Source: Candidatus Poribacteria bacterium | Lineage (GTDB): Bacteria > Poribacteria > WGA-4E > PCPOR2b | Direction of reading: 5' to 3' | DNA: 64,000 bases | Assembly: GCA_965218095.1 (NCBI GenBank) | Contig: OZ244587.1 | Coordinates: 928,001 to 992,000, forward strand | Part shown: positions 10,556 through 20,300 of the stretch, one piece after another | Layout: every line of letters starts with the position of its first letter | Position numbering within the stretch: position 1 is the stretch's first letter | Translations under genes and position numbers: made by a program | The notes under the pieces: model-generated | The model's database searches: none | The model's input: only the letters and a program-made list of their open reading frames with translations | Told to the model about the DNA's origin: nothing

Positions 10556-10948
10556 TCAAAAGAGTCGCTCTAAGAACTCTAGCCTAGACAAAAGGTGTTG
10601 TCCAAATCGATCTCTCTGGTTTCTCAACCGGAAATAGTCCCTTTCTATTGAACGAAGCAGATTTGTCTCGGCTTTCACCGCTGTATCGCCCGTTGCAAAG
10701 AAGCCGCGTTGCGGAATCAAAGCAATTATCTCATTGTCATCTGCCTCGTCTGAAAATTCTAGCAAAATAGAAAGTTTCTTCTTGGGGAAATGAATAAAAT
10801 CTAATTTGTATCGAATCAATTCTTCTTCTCCATGCTCTGGTTCAACATCCAAATCGGGATGCACAGTCGAAATCCATGCTTGAAGGTCTTCTTTACTTTT
10901 GGCTTTATGCCAGACGTCAAAGGGAAATGAAACTGTTACTTCGGACAT
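10556..10948 (-). CDS. HicB-like antitoxin-fold protein
   Basis: IIALIPQRGFFATGDTAVKAETNL matches the HicB pattern (GxT-x-x-x-A-x-x-NL); adjacent to the hicA-like gene. Confidence 0.55.
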   Translation of the reverse strand: MSEVTVSFPFDVWHKAKSKEDLQAWISTVHPDLDVEPEHGEEELIRYKLDFIHFPKKKLSILLEFSDEADDNEIIALIPQRGFFATGDTAVKAETNLLRSIERDYFRLRNQRDRFGQHLLSRLEFLERLF

Positions 10949-11002
10949 CAGTTATCCCTCACTTTTGATGTGTAATCCATCAGGTTTTGTGCTAACAACT
11001 CG

Positions 11003-12619
11003 TCACTCCACAATCCTCGCTTCTTTATCCCGACAGATGACGACATGCTTTTTCCACTTAACATCATCCCTTTCGGGAAAATCCTCCCGGTAGTGGGCGC
11101 CTCGGCTTTCCGTGCGTATGATTGCCGCTTTCGTGATCAACGCCGCAACATCGCGTATATTTTGGAATTCAAACCCTTCGATGCTGTCCCAATCACAATT
11201 CAGATCTAATTCCGCCAATTCATCGGTGGCCGCCTCCAGATCATCCCGGCACCTGAAAATCCCAGCGTTCTGCCACATGGTCTCTTGAATGATTTTTTTG
11301 GCGGCTTCAACGTCAAATTCCCGGGGTGCGGCTTGATACGTTGAAACTTCATCATCAGACCGAATCCGTAGCTTTGTATAGTCTTCCTCCCCGATCGTCT
11401 GGGCATACTCAACCGCAGCATTCGCAGCCCGCGCTCCAAACACCAGACACTCAAGCAAAGAATTGCTCGCTAGTCGATTTGCCCCATGAACGCCCGTGCA
11501 GGCAACCTCCCCGCAGGCGTAAAGCCCCCGGATGTTCGTCTCGGCGTTTAGATTCGTGCGGACGCCTCCCATCATAAAATGTGCTCCTGATCGAACCGGG
11601 ATGACATCTGTTGTAATGTCAATGCCATAATGACGGCAGGTGTGATAGATCGTTGGAAAGCGACTCCCTATGAAGTCGGGTGATAAATGGGTCACGTCCA
11701 GATAAACACAAGGCGATGCCGTTAATTGCATCTCGTTAAGAATCGCACGGCTCACGACATCACGCGGCGCAAGCTCCTCCATCTCATGGTATTTCCCCAT
11801 AAACTGTTCACCGCGCGAATTGATTAAGACGCCGCCCTCTCCACGCACCGCTTCAGAGATCAAGAAGTAGGGCACACCCATCAGGAACAGGGTTGTTGGG
11901 TGAAACTGGACAAATTCCATATCCATCATTTCACAGCCTGCTCGCCACGCCGCTACAAAACCGTCCCCCGTAGCAACATCGGGGTTGGAGGTGCATTGAT
12001 AGACACGTCCAACCCCGCCTGACGCGAGGATGGTGGCTTTAGCAAAAATGCAGTGAAGCGTGTCCTCGATAAGCGCAACCACGCCGTAGCACCTATCCGC
12101 TTGCGTGATAAAGTCGATAGCGAAGGCGTGCTCGATTACCTGCACCCGATCTTGCGTCTTGAGGTGATTGGCTAGCACATTTGCCGTCTCTTGACCGGTG
12201 GAATCGCCACGGTGGACAATACGTCGTCGTTGATGTGCCGCTTCCCTTGTGAATCCGAGCGCCTCCCCCTCCCGGTCGAAGTTTGCTCCCCATTTAATCA
12301 TCTCCGAGACCCGTTGAATGCCTTCTTCGACCATAATCCTGACGGCGGTTTTATTGCAGAGCCCAACCCCCGCTTTGAGTGTATCTTCAGCGTGGAAAGC
12401 AATTGTGTCATCCGCACTCATGGCAACAGCAATTCCGCCTTGTGCATAGCGTGTGTTGCTCTCTTTCAAGACACTTTTGGTAATCAACAGAACATCGCCA
12501 TGCTGATTGGCTTCAATCGCTGCCCTTAGCCCCGCACTCCCGCTGCCAATCACCAGAAAATCGGTCTCGATTCGCCGTAATTTCTCTGAATCAAAACGGA
12601 CAATATATTGATGACTCAT
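11003..12619 (-). CDS. nadB: L-aspartate oxidase
   Basis: GSGSAGL, SNTRYAQGGIA, EFVQFHPT, LISEAVRGEG, ELAPRDVV, GVHGANRLASNSLLE, ESRGAHYR. Confidence 0.97.
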   Translation of the reverse strand: MSHQYIVRFDSEKLRRIETDFLVIGSGSAGLRAAIEANQHGDVLLITKSVLKESNTRYAQGGIAVAMSADDTIAFHAEDTLKAGVGLCNKTAVRIMVEEGIQRVSEMIKWGANFDREGEALGFTREAAHQRRRIVHRGDSTGQETANVLANHLKTQDRVQVIEHAFAIDFITQADRCYGVVALIEDTLHCIFAKATILASGGVGRVYQCTSNPDVATGDGFVAAWRAGCEMMDMEFVQFHPTTLFLMGVPYFLISEAVRGEGGVLINSRGEQFMGKYHEMEELAPRDVVSRAILNEMQLTASPCVYLDVTHLSPDFIGSRFPTIYHTCRHYGIDITTDVIPVRSGAHFMMGGVRTNLNAETNIRGLYACGEVACTGVHGANRLASNSLLECLVFGARAANAAVEYAQTIGEEDYTKLRIRSDDEVSTYQAAPREFDVEAAKKIIQETMWQNAGIFRCRDDLEAATDELAELDLNCDWDSIEGFEFQNIRDVAALITKAAIIRTESRGAHYREDFPERDDVKWKKHVVICRDKEARIVE

Positions 12620-12711
12620 TATGAATTTGACGCGATCGCGAGGACCGCATGCTACGCACTTTCGTTTAAGCTTTGAAAACAGCGCCTAATCCGACAGCTA
12701 ATCGAGCAACC

Positions 12712-13122
12712 TTAGAAAACACCAGCAACCTTTATAACCTTTCCGTTCCCTTCGGCAACCCGCGTTCCATCTTCCAAATCAATATACGCTTCAGCCTCAA
12801 TGAGGCGTTTGGTAATTTTGACCCGATTGGCCGTAACGATTAATTTATTTCCTGTCAATGCAGGCCTCTTGAATCGTATTTCAAGTTGTGCTGTCACGGC
12901 GGGGCCATCAAAGCTCGCAACGCCCACATAGGTAATGGCCTCGTCCAGGAGCGTGCTCAGGATGCCACCGTGTATAACATTTGCCCAGCCTTGAAAATGG
13001 CCTGATGGGGTACACTCGATCTTGACCTGCGTCCCATCGGGAGCAATATCCGGATCTACTTGCAAGCCAAACGGGTTTTCCTTACCACAAGCAAAACAAC
13101 GGTGGTTGTTCTCAACACGCAT
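12712..13122 (-). CDS. PaaI/hotdog-fold thioesterase
   Basis: CFACGKENPFGL...HGGILSTLLDE. Confidence 0.9.
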   Translation of the reverse strand: MRVENNHRCFACGKENPFGLQVDPDIAPDGTQVKIECTPSGHFQGWANVIHGGILSTLLDEAITYVGVASFDGPAVTAQLEIRFKRPALTGNKLIVTANRVKITKRLIEAEAYIDLEDGTRVAEGNGKVIKVAGVF

Positions 13123-13124
13123 CC

Positions 13125-13345
13125 GTCAAATCCCTTAGACCAGAAGTTGCCTTGTCGAATGTATGACCTCGCAGCAACAGAAAAAATGCTCTCGCTCGAA
13201 ACTTGTGCAATAACCTCTTGCAATTGGACAAGGCGTTCAGTAATCTCCTGAACTTGTTGTGATTGTGGGTATTCTTTGGCCAATTTCTCCCAATCATCGA
13301 ATGCGACAGTATACCGTCCTTCTTCAAATGAGATTTGACCTGGCC
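13125..13345 (-). pseudogene. Fragment of a TPR-like protein
   Basis: Frame reads EEGRYTVAFDDWEKLAKEYPQSQQVQEITERL; no intact start or end; next to a MITE. Confidence 0.4.
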
Positions 13346-13364
13346 AAACCCCTGAGCTGTCTTA

Positions 13365-13492
13365 GAGCCTATCTAAAAAGTCTGGGGGCAAACATCAAAC
13401 CAACCCCGATTAGGACAGCGTTGGTGTCCGAAATGATGAATTTTCGTCAATGCCCGTAAACACTGGGTTAATCTGAATTATTAGATAGGCTC
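13365..13492. mobile_element. 128-bp MITE with IS5-family-like ends and TTA target duplication
   Basis: tta-GAGCCTATCTAA ... TTAGATAGGCTC-tta; 12-bp perfect TIR (17/20 extended); no transposase. Confidence 0.8.
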
Positions 13493-14031
13493 TTATACGG
13501 TCACGTATCATTTTTTGTCTTTCCAATAAGATTGGAAGAACGTCTATTTCAAAATGAGATTCAGGTTCGGATTTTGTAACAATGGCACCCGTTGTTCCTG
13601 TTATTTTGATTTTTATGACTGAACTTATTGCGGGTAGTTTCTTGGAAGTCTAATAGAGCGCAGAGAAGAATTTCCTCGTTAAGGTGCAAGATATTCTTCA
13701 CTTTTTAGATGGTCAGCCTAAGGCGTTACGCACTTCTTGATCAAGCCTCTCTGCACCTGCATCTTGAATCCTGATCATGACACACGATACAAGTCGATGA
13801 GCAGTCGGCACCCCTGATCCATCGGGGATGCAGATAAATCGTGAAAGACTGGAACTAACTGCGTAACTCCTATCCCTTTTAAGTTTCTGAGCTTAACATA
13901 AATTTACATTGTAGCACACTAGATGATAAAAGGCAAATGAAATCAAGTACTCCTCTAATCATTATAAATCGGGTTCAGCGGTCTGTCAACACCTGTTGAT
14001 CCAAAGCGGGTAATTTTTGTTGATAATTCTC

Positions 14032-14060
14032 TTGACAGAAAAGCGAATATTTTGTAAACT
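14032..14060 (+). promoter_or_regulatory. Sigma70-type promoter
   Basis: TTGACA-17 bp-TAAACT upstream of the 14145 gene. Confidence 0.7.
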
Positions 14061-14144
14061 AAGACCCTATGCAAAAAGTATATGTGCAGAAAGAGCTCTG
14101 CGCATAACACAATCCAGTTTTGAAAAGGAGAAGATTAATTAGAC

Positions 14145-15353
14145 ATGAAAAGGTTTTCAACCCTACTGATGTTTCTTATTTTGGGTGCCGGTGTTGGGTG
14201 TAACCAGGAACAACCGATTACAAATCTGGAAGTCGGTAGAGAGAAGTTGCTTGGCGCCGGCATGTCAATTGAAGCGGTCCAACACTTAAAACAGGCTGAA
14301 GTCGAAGAAGCCAAGACCGAAACCGAAAAAGTAGAGCCGCGAGCGCTATTACTCATTGCTTACTCGTATGCCCTGCTTACAGGTGATGCCCAAACTCATG
14401 GCATCGCAAACGAGTACAAACAGGAACGAGATAAACGGATAGCGTCATTAAACCAGGCCGAAATGAGAAAATTGCTTAATCTGCTTGATGAGCGGCATCG
14501 TACGCAGGACGCAACGATGCAGGCATTGGTTGACGCAGGAACAGTGGCTGTCCCGTTATTAATCGAAAGCATCGGTCGGAACAGATATGTAAAGATTCGA
14601 AATAATTTAGTCGAAATATTGCATCAGATTGGTTCCAAAGGATTGGATCAGGTTATCACTGCTGTCAGCGACGCCAATACGCCACCTGCTGTGAAGGTGA
14701 GCCTCGTCCGGTTGATTGCACGGATAAATGATCCGGGTGTAGTTCCATCCTTAGAAGCAATACGAAGCAGCAGTGATATTGGACTGAAGATGGAAATTAA
14801 CGTTACCCTTTATCAGTTTGGCAAAACAGAGTACAGGTCAGAAATCATTGGAGGTTTGAGTGAGAGCGATATCGTTGCGCGTCGGGCTGCTGCAAAGGCG
14901 TTGCCCATCATTAATGATGCTCCAAAAGATGAAATGATCAAAGCTCTCAGGGATTCTGATGCGAAAGTCCGTATGTATTCGGCACAAGGACTGGAAAAAT
15001 TTCCGACTCAAAACGCCATCAAGCCTCTCATCGAAATCCTTAAAGATAATACGGAGGAAGAGAATGTCAAACAAGCAGCGGTAAAAGCTTTGATTGCTCA
15101 TGGTGAACACGACTTTGGGAAAATTTTAGCACGGCGTTTAATTCAGGAATTACCCCATGCGAGTGAGCCAAACGATCGGATCCGGATGGTTCAGGTTCTC
15201 AAAAGCGATGCAGTTCAACAGCAGATTAAGACTGCCCCGAAAGCACATGATGATAATATTGAATATGATCTCTATCTGTATTATCATGAAAAAGAACAGA
15301 ACGATATGGTTAAAGAAGAGCTGAATGTCTTACTGAACGCGCTGGGGAACTAA
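14145..15353 (+). CDS. HEAT-repeat lipoprotein
   Basis: Signal peptide with lipobox-like GVGC; repeats ARRAAAKAL, DSDAKVRMYSAQGL, VKQAAVKAL; AAGGAG RBS. Confidence 0.8.
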   Translation: MKRFSTLLMFLILGAGVGCNQEQPITNLEVGREKLLGAGMSIEAVQHLKQAEVEEAKTETEKVEPRALLLIAYSYALLTGDAQTHGIANEYKQERDKRIASLNQAEMRKLLNLLDERHRTQDATMQALVDAGTVAVPLLIESIGRNRYVKIRNNLVEILHQIGSKGLDQVITAVSDANTPPAVKVSLVRLIARINDPGVVPSLEAIRSSSDIGLKMEINVTLYQFGKTEYRSEIIGGLSESDIVARRAAAKALPIINDAPKDEMIKALRDSDAKVRMYSAQGLEKFPTQNAIKPLIEILKDNTEEENVKQAAVKALIAHGEHDFGKILARRLIQELPHASEPNDRIRMVQVLKSDAVQQQIKTAPKAHDDNIEYDLYLYYHEKEQNDMVKEELNVLLNALGN

Positions 15354-15673
15354 AGGCTGTGGGGAAATGTCTGTGTCCTCTTATTTCCGCGTGTGTCTCC
15401 TACTGGTTCGTAAGTTCGACCTTGGGTTTATGGAGTGCAAGGTGATGAAGACTAAAAAATCAATCCGGTAATCGAAACGCCTTGAACTGAGGTTCAGACG
15501 AATCACTCAAGTTCACTCGAAGTAGATTAACACGTAGTCTTAGTCGTCTCAAAAGGACAGTCGCTAAAGTGTAATTGACGAAATAAATTTCCAACGATTA
15601 TCTTGATCTTCTTTGTCCCAACACAAATTTTGTACTCCAAATGAGCCCACCGATTTCTTACACTTAATAGGAC

Positions 15674-16300
15674 TTACGCAAGCTCCATACGAATCGCAGG
15701 AGATTTGAGTTGTTGTCGTAAATACTCCTCCAACACTCCGTGTTTGACCTGATAAATGGTTTGCTGGGTCTGATACGCCACGTGCTCGAGCCGAATCCAA
15801 ACGAATAATGCACAACCAATATGGTTGCGAACAAACCGTGCCACTCGGCATTGACAACCTTCAACTCTTGTCAACTGTTTGGCTTGCCGGTGAAATTGCT
15901 CAATCTTCCAGCGCTAGTTACACGCCTGTTGTGCAACCGAAGTGTCGTTTTGAGCCAAGTCGTTGGCCACAACATAATCCGTGCGTCTGTTAGAAGACGC
16001 GACCCAGAAAAGTTTCACCCCCGATCTTATCGGGATTCAGAGCACCTTGTGATGCTTGGGAAATCCGCTGATTTTGAGAAGTTTCCCGCGTCGGATTTCG
16101 GTCTCACTCCACTGCAATCCATCAACACACGGGTAAGGCTTTTGCGCATTGGAATCATCCACCCCGATAAGATCGGGATTCGAAGCAACCTGACGATTGG
16201 ATTTCAGCGGGCAATAGTAATGTTTTCGGAGCCGCTCAATGTGTATCATCAAATCTTTGGTGGCATACCAGCAATCCATAAGGAGAGTTGCTTGTGATAA
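15674..16300 (-). pseudogene. IS701-family transposase, 3' half only
   Basis: LLMDCWYAT...YYCPLKSNRQV...RWKIEQFHRQAKQLT...CQCR...RNHIGCA; internal stops and two 27-nt insertions. Confidence 0.8.
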
Positions 16301-16304
16301 ACTA

Positions 16305-17135
16305 GGTTCTGTTGACATTTCAAGGGAGCCATATAAGAGTGGCGACAAAGCTGAGAAATCCAAAATAACGGACAGCTAGCTTCTCAAACCGAGAGACAAA
16401 CCGAGAGAAGATACGACGATACCATTTTATCTTGTTGATGAAACATTCAACCCGATGTCTCTCTTTGTATAAGTGTTTGTCATACGTTCTTTGGTCAACA
16501 CGATGACTTTTTGGCGGTATCACCGCAATCGCTCCATTCGCCTCAATAACGGCGATAAAAGCGTCCGAATCGTACCCCTTGTCTCCAATCACATATTCAC
16601 TGTTATATCCGATTATCAACCCTTCCGCCTCAGTTATGTCATGTCTCTGACCGGGTGTCAGATGAATTCTTAGGGAATTGCCTAGTCCGTTAACTGTGAT
16701 GTGAATTTTTGTACTGAAACCGCCCCGAGACCGACCTAATGCTTGGTTTTCAGTGCCACCGTTTTTTTAAGGCACCAGCCGCACACGGGTGAGCGCGGCA
16801 GATGGTACTGTCCACAATAAGCGACTCGATATCGGGGTCAGAGGCAAAGTGGGGGGGCATCTGTGTGAAGATACCTTTGTCGCACCACCGAGCAAACCGC
16901 TTGTAGCGGGTGTTCCATTTGCCATAGGTGTCTGGTAGAAGTTTCCATTGAGCACCGCTACGAGTCACCCACAGGACGGCTTCGACGAAGCGGCGTGTAG
17001 CAGCTTCGTCGCCAACATAGATGGTGGGACAGCTAAGAAGAAACCGGTATATCTTATTCCATTGTTCATCAGGTAAGGTTATTGGCGTCATTCTTCTATT
17101 ATGCCACAACCTTATACTCAAATGTCAACAGAACC
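16305..17135 (-). mobile_element. IS5-family (IS427-like) element, ~830 bp
   Basis: ta-GGTTCTGTTGACATTT ... AAATGTCAACAGAACC-ta. Confidence 0.9.
16320..17091 (-). CDS. IS5-family transposase in two frames joined at an A7 tract (16762-16768; orfB is +1)
   Basis: orfA: RRFVEAVLWVTRSGAQWKLLP...DSTICRAHPCAAGA. orfB is open from 16766: ALGRSRGGFSTKIH...GDKGYDS...YKERHRVECFINKIK. Confidence 0.85.
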
Positions 17136-17321
17136 TATTTATTTTGCGTAAGTCCTAACTTAAAAATAGCCCGCTGCGGTTCTTTCCCTTCCCATTATGA
17201 AGTTCAGTTCTTAGCTTGGAGGCAAGCGAGCTCTGGCTGATTCGCAAATGGGCGCTTCACACGATCCGACTTCCCTTTCTATCCAAGCCTAGTTACTATT
17301 GGTGCTCATCTGATTTTCCAT

Positions 17322-20300
17322 ATGAAAAAACGAAACGCACTTTTAATTCTGGTCACAATTATTCTTATTGCCCTCATCATTGGGGGCTTTTTTTTCTTGC
17401 GGTCTTCCTATCTCCTGAATCAGACCCGTCTGGTGTTAGAAACTCAACTTGAAAAACAGTTAAAACATCCGGTTACAATCGGGCATATATCGGGAAATAT
17501 GTTGACTGGTTTGAATATCGAACAGTTTGAAATTTCGGATTCGTTTGCAGAAAATCCCGCTCTAATTTCTCTTGATGAGATTGCAGTTAAATATAGATTA
17601 TGGAGCTTACTGCGGGGTAAATTCCTCATTACTCGGCTTGATTTGAAGGCACCCCAGGTCAATGCTCGTATAGATTCGGACGGCAATCTCAATTTGGCAA
17701 AGCTAATTCCGAAAGAGGGGACAGAATCGAGCGGCAAACTCCCTGTCCAGCCGTTAATATCTGATATCAGTGTCGAAAATGGCGCCATCAATTTTGACGA
17801 TGTAAAGCGGGCATTCAAAATTGCAATCAGTGGAATTCACAGTCACAGTCGTATTGATGGCCCGCTAGCGGGATGGAAGCATATCGGCAGCTTAGAGGTG
17901 CGAGACGGGCGTTTTGAACTGAATGGCGTTGAAACTCAGATTGATGAATTCAAAACTGAATTTGAGCTGCAAGAGAACGAGGGAGCGCTGCAATCATTCC
18001 GTTTGGCGCTGGGAAATTCCCTCCTGACCGTCGCTGGCAAAGCGACCAACCTTAGTAAACAATCCCCACTTGTAGAAACGCAGGTTCAACTCACCCTCGA
18101 TTTCCACGACGTGCAAAAAATCCTATCCACTCAAGAGGAGATAGAAGGGGTAGCAGAGGTAAACGTTGAAGCGAGTGGCACGATATCGGAAATCGTCGGA
18201 CAGCTCGGGTTCAAACTCCCCTTTGTCCAGTTAAACAATCTCCAGCTTGAAAACTTGATTGTGCAAGCTGAGTTCACACCAAAAAGTTTCCGTATTACCC
18301 AAATTGATGGGACGCTTGCATCAGGAAAACTAACAGGTGGGGCAGAGATCAACATTAATCCCGAAGGCGTTGATTCGCAGAACCTTGCGTACAAAGGATG
18401 GCTGCAACTTGCTTCCCTCCGGGCTGAACAGCTTCTACCGATGATCATTGACCTCCCTGAAGATTTTTTAGTCGTCAAGGGTAGGGTGGATGGTAAGATT
18501 CAATTCAGTGGCAGTAGTTCAGATCCACACGATATCGAGCTTGATGGCAACCTGAAATTGACCGATGCAGCGCTGAATGACGTACCAATCCGTGTTTCAG
18601 GGGCGCACTACATGATTGATGATGACCGCTTATCGCTTACCGCGAACCTCGACGAAGCGCAAATTGAACTCAATGGCAAACTCGGATTAGCCAGCCAGCA
18701 CGATCTGGATCTACGCATTACGAGCATCGATGTCGGAAAACTCGCACAGATTTTGCGGATACCCGATTTGGCTGGTGATGGGATATTCACCGGAAAAAGC
18801 ACCTCCGAAGTTTTGCTATCGGCTCACCTCAATATCCCGGAGGCGACATTGTTTGATGTGCCGATCGGCGTTTTGACAGCAGATTTTCATTACGCTGATG
18901 ATCGCGTTTTTCTGCATCCGGTACGCCTTATCAAGGGAGAAAGTGAATTAATTATAGAAGGAGTCGCCTGGCCTGAGGGGGATGTTCCTGTCGAATTGAC
19001 GGCGCGTATGCAGCCATTTCAGATTGCAGACTATGTCAGACTTGCAGGGGCAGATTATCCGATCGAGGGGGTAGCAACCGGAACGTTGGTGTTGGACGGG
19101 ACTTTAGGGTGCCTTGACGGTCGCGGGACGCTTCAGATTGTGAACGGAAAGGCATGGGATCTGGCGCTAGATCCGTTGACGCTTCCGTTAGAGATTGAAG
19201 ATTATGTCGTCAAAATCTCAGATTTCGAGTTATTGACTCGTGGACAGCGGGGTATCCTCACCGCACAGATCAATGCAGATCTGGACTATGAGATCGAGTT
19301 CCAGAGTGAGCCGATGCGACTGGGGGAGATTGCCCTTGCACGCAGGATGACAGACTTCCAATTGGACGCAGAGCTCGTCGTTAAAGCGAATGGCAAAGCA
19401 AACGCAAACGATCCACGGGTTAATCTGAGCGCTGACATCTCAAGTATCACCTATGCTGGAAAGCCACTGGCTGATGTCTATATTACTGGCGCCTTCATGA
19501 ACAATGCACTGAACTTTGAAGGCGCAGGCTTTGATGATACCTGCCAAATTCGCGGGGTATTGGAATCAGCAGCGGGAAGTCCGTATCAGATTGCGGTTGA
19601 TGGTACAGGGGTAGACGTTCTTCCTTTCCTGCGAATCTTTGACGATGCCCTTGGGGACTATATCACAGGCACAGCAGATGGAAACCTTGACGCCGCTGGA
19701 GCTCTGGAAGATCCAACACAATTTAAGTTAAAGATGTCCCTATCCAGGCTTGCCCTTGGGATCAATGAGCAGCAGTTGATTAACCCCTCTCCTATCAACC
19801 TGAACTTCGCAGACAACCTTTGGCAAATCCAATCCTTTGCGCTTGCCGATAGACGCGATCTCCGCCCATTCCTCAATGCGTCAGGCGCTTTTCGCGTCGA
19901 ACCTGCGAAGGGTTCTCCCTCTTTAGAAGGTCTTGAACTCTCGGTTTACCGGAGGGAAGTTAGCAGGAGGCGGCAAATGGACGAATTACGCAATACGCTT
20001 GATTTCACCGTAGAATCCGACGGTTTCGCACTCGAATACTTAGCCGACGTGTTGGCGTTGCCGCCGGTTATCTCAGGTACAGCAAGCTACAAACTCACAG
20101 GGAGCGGGAGATTTGACAACCCGCAATTGGCGTTGGATTGGGCGATTCCCAATCTCTCCCTCGAAACACCTGTTGGTCCCATTGCGGTCAGTGAGGCAGA
20201 AGGGCAGTTGGTCTATCAGGATGGAAGCCTGACTATTAACCTGTTCGATTTTCTGTTGCTTGGCAATCCGGTAGGAGTGCAAGGCGATGTGCAGGTAGCA

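Larger units (their letters stand above)
15668..17157 (-). mobile_element. Degenerate IS701-family element carrying a nested IS5
   Basis: TIR TAGGACTTACGCAA (15668-81) / TTGCGTAAGTCCTA (17144-57); ACTTAA direct repeat on both flanks (15662-67, 17158-63). Confidence 0.8.

Noticed and set aside
7100-10990. Intact prophage or satellite with att sites
   Set aside because: No integrase, structural genes, tRNA target or flanking direct repeat found by eye.
13500-13800. Possible decayed gene
   Set aside because: Multiple stops and no recognisable motif; cannot be supported.
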